DNA of 64,000 nucleotides from Microthyrium microscopicum (Eukaryota): NCBI GenBank assembly GCA_010405405.1, contig MU004244.1, positions 65,895 to 129,894 of the forward strand, read 5' to 3'. Shown piece by piece: positions 61,254 to 64,000 of this stretch (position 1 is its first letter; each line of letters starts with the position of its first letter). The notes under the pieces were generated by a model. It saw only the letters and a program-made list of their open reading frames with translations, ran no database searches and was not told where the DNA came from. The position numbers and the translations under genes were made by a program.

Positions 61254-63525
61254 GATGACGAATTTGGCGGTGGCGTGTTGCAGCGCACCCCGCGCAAATG
61301 CAGAATTGTGTCTTCAGGCAAACAAACAAAGTTGCGATTGTAGTTGTAGGAACAAGGCGAACTGAAGGAGGCCAAAAGAGGAGGTGGAGGGTGGGAGGGC
61401 CAGGGGGTTAGGGCGCTTGTGACGTGAGAAGTGAGTTGGCGAATAGTCGATTTTTGTACTCGAGCAGTAGTCGGCGATGATTTGAACAAGCGGAGAGGGT
61501 ACTGGCGAGGTACGATAATTGAACGGATGGACTAGGAGGAGGTTATGGATTTGGTGTATGGGTCCAGAATGACAGCTGTATGATCAGAAGGGATGGAGTT
61601 GAGCCGAAGAAGGAGAGAGCACAAGAGGATAGAGATTGATTTTGGGGGGCAGACTGCAGTAGCCATGGGGAGAGGAGACCGGGTGTCGCCAAAAACCAAT
61701 GAGGAAAGCGAGACTGACAAGACTGACTGCGAAAGTGGGCATCACATGCTTTCTTTCCTTCGTTCCTTCCTGAATCCTCACAAGTTCATCATCCTTCGTC
61801 GTTCCTTCCTCCACTTCTGGTCGTGACTGCTTCGGCACCGGATGTCGGTTTCTACACTCTTCATCCGCGATATCTTTTCTTCTCTTGTTGATGCATATAT
61901 ATATCTCTTTAAACCATAAAAACATTGAACTTTATCAATCTTTTCCTCAACAAGGTCTCACTCACTACCCACTTCCCCGGGCCACAGAGTGCTCCAAGCG
62001 CAACTCCTGTTCCAATCCAAGTTTCTGTCAGACTCCGCACTAAACATGTGAAAGACCTGTTGCTTAAGCCCATCGCTCTTATCTTTTGGGCATAGCACAT
62101 GTAACTCATTCTACCTCTTCTGCTATACACTAACCTCGCACTCAATTTATATCTTGGACCCTTTAATATCTCTATCCTCTTCTATTTTTTGCCACTTGAT
62201 CAACCATACACTCGTCCACGGACAGGATGAATGGTTCGTTACTCTGTCTAAATTTCTAAAAAAAACTTCTAGAAGCACCAGACCGTCCATCGTGGTCAGG
62301 ATATCCCCTCCAACTCACGCACGATATTCAAGCCAAGGCTATTATCCAATGAAAACCACATGTCAACTGTTCGCACGGCACTTGATATATTCCTCCCGAT
62401 TTTCCGATCCACTAACAGGTAGCTTACCATTGAACATGTGTTGACCCCTACTCTAGGCTGTAGCTCGTAAATATTCAATCCTTTCCCCACGTGCATATCT
62501 GGCCAATTACATATGCAACCCCATCTGAAAGGCCCATCTTGATTCTTCCTATAGCCCGCCCACATAATTTCTCCGCTTCGCTGTCTATCCGATATGCGAC
62601 CCTTACTTGATTGCCGCGCAGAGTAGTTCATGCTATGTTTCATGATAGCTACCTACAAGCACGGTAATATGTGCATCTACTATGATCGATCAAAGACCAC
62701 TTTGACGTCTGGGCTCGTGTATAATCGGGCCTATATAAATATGGCATCTTCCAGTCTTTGACATCTGACACGACTTGATCATCACGGGTATTTTTTGTCT
62801 AGTCTGTTTGGTTGGTTTCCATAAGTTGTGCAAAGTGTGCCTTTTGCGATATCGGCATCTGCATACAGCCTCATTGTATCTTCAATACATACAGTACGGT
62901 AGGATGTTAACTCGATGATCCAATGAATGGAAAAAATCACCGAAGCGCTTACCACATGTCCATCAATTCCAAAGCACGCCTCTCCGCCCGGTGCAAAAGA
63001 GCTCAATACATAGTCATGTGCTGTTTAGTTTCCGCTCACATGTATTCTCAACGCTCACCGTAACTTACCCAGTTCAGCCAGCTGACCCAGAACCGTCACT
63101 TTTTATTCTAGTCTCATGGCACGTTTCTATTCTAAAAGAGGACTTGTGTTGACAAAGTTCGCAAAAAGTTCCTAAAGTGCCCGAACCAATTCTCCATTGC
63201 TCGCTACAAGACATTGTGTTTGAAAAATATTCTGCATGTTTCTCGAAACTGTCAAATTGTTTCGCTATTGCGCAACTGGTTACGTATTCGGATATTTCTT
63301 ACAGTCTTATACAGTGCATGTAGATTCCACGTCCAGTATAATCGATCACTTTGAAGTCATGATCAAATTATGAAACACATCACGATAGTCTTCCGCAAAA
63401 GTCATGAATTGTCAAACCACGTGCTGAACCCTCTGTGTGAAAATCGTTGTCAAATTATATGAACGTGAACCAACTCCTTGGATCCGCCTTCCTAGTTTAC
63501 TTGACATGGTTTATCCTTTGAGTCG

Positions 63526-63568
63526 CGGAACCAAGGGTTCCGGAACCAAGGGTTCCGGACCCAAGAGC
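63526..63568. repeat. Tandem 15-bp quasi-palindromic repeat (about 2.7 copies)
   Basis: cggaaccaagggttc x2 plus degenerate cggacccaagagc. Confidence 0.85.
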
Positions 63569-64000
63569 GCTGGATCGCATGCTGATCCTTTAGGACGTTG
63601 AAGATCCATGTTGTGAGCGGGCGCTAGAGCCGCCGTTCCATTTGGACATTCTTGGGAGATTTTGGAATGGGAAGATGGAGATTTTGAGATGGGAGTTGTG
63701 TTTGTATTTTTATCGAGTGAGACAGTGGCCCTCCAGGGGGATTTTATGTTCATGATGTGCTTTGAGGAGCTGCTTGGGTAACAAGGTAAAGAAAGTAAAT
63801 ATAAAGAAACGAGTAGACATCCTTTGATGTCTTGTAGTTCGTTTGTAGTGTTTTTTTGTTGGAATTGGTCTGAGTTTAGGCTCAAGTATAAATAAATATT
63901 CAAGTTTGTATTTGGGGTGAACTGTTCATTTGATCTATTTTACGGCATAAATACACAGGTAGTTGTAGTTGAGAGGTGTCGTTCTGTTGTGATAAGTCTA

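Noticed and set aside
1..64000. tRNA/rRNA genes, transposases, RIP-degraded AT-rich blocks
   Set aside because: None recognised by eye; tRNAscan-SE/Infernal and a repeat library would be needed to exclude small RNAs.

Overview
Eukaryotic DNA from a filamentous ascomycete (Pezizomycotina-type genes, short GT..CTAAC..AG introns), so most genes had to be spliced by hand from the ORF track. About 27 protein genes are supported. Core genes include ATG17, HID1/ECM30, SSL2/XPB, TRM61, an Opi1/ccg-8-like factor and a DUF4748-like gene missed by the ORF track. A membrane/detoxification block holds an aquaporin, an RTA1 protein, a DHA2 MFS pump divergent from a Zn2Cys6 factor, and a PDR-type ABC transporter with a 10-nt micro-exon. 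Several secreted or accessory genes are also present. The two most interesting signals are (1) a secreted prepro-protein at 3066-3881 whose predicted Kex2-released C-terminal domain carries an LSGCT..H motif like the catalytic centre of the bacterial deamidase toxins CNF1/BLF1, and (2) an AA9 LPMO transcribed head-to-head with a stand-alone CDH-type cytochrome (AA8-like) gene, a possible enzyme plus electron-shuttle pair. Also seen: an epoxide hydrolase homolog lacking its catalytic residues, a MITE-like inverted repeat, a dispersed 16-bp quasi-palindrome and a Q-rich protein with a PAM2-like motif. No rRNA, tRNA, CRISPR or transposase was recognised. All family calls come from motif recognition by eye, not from database searches.
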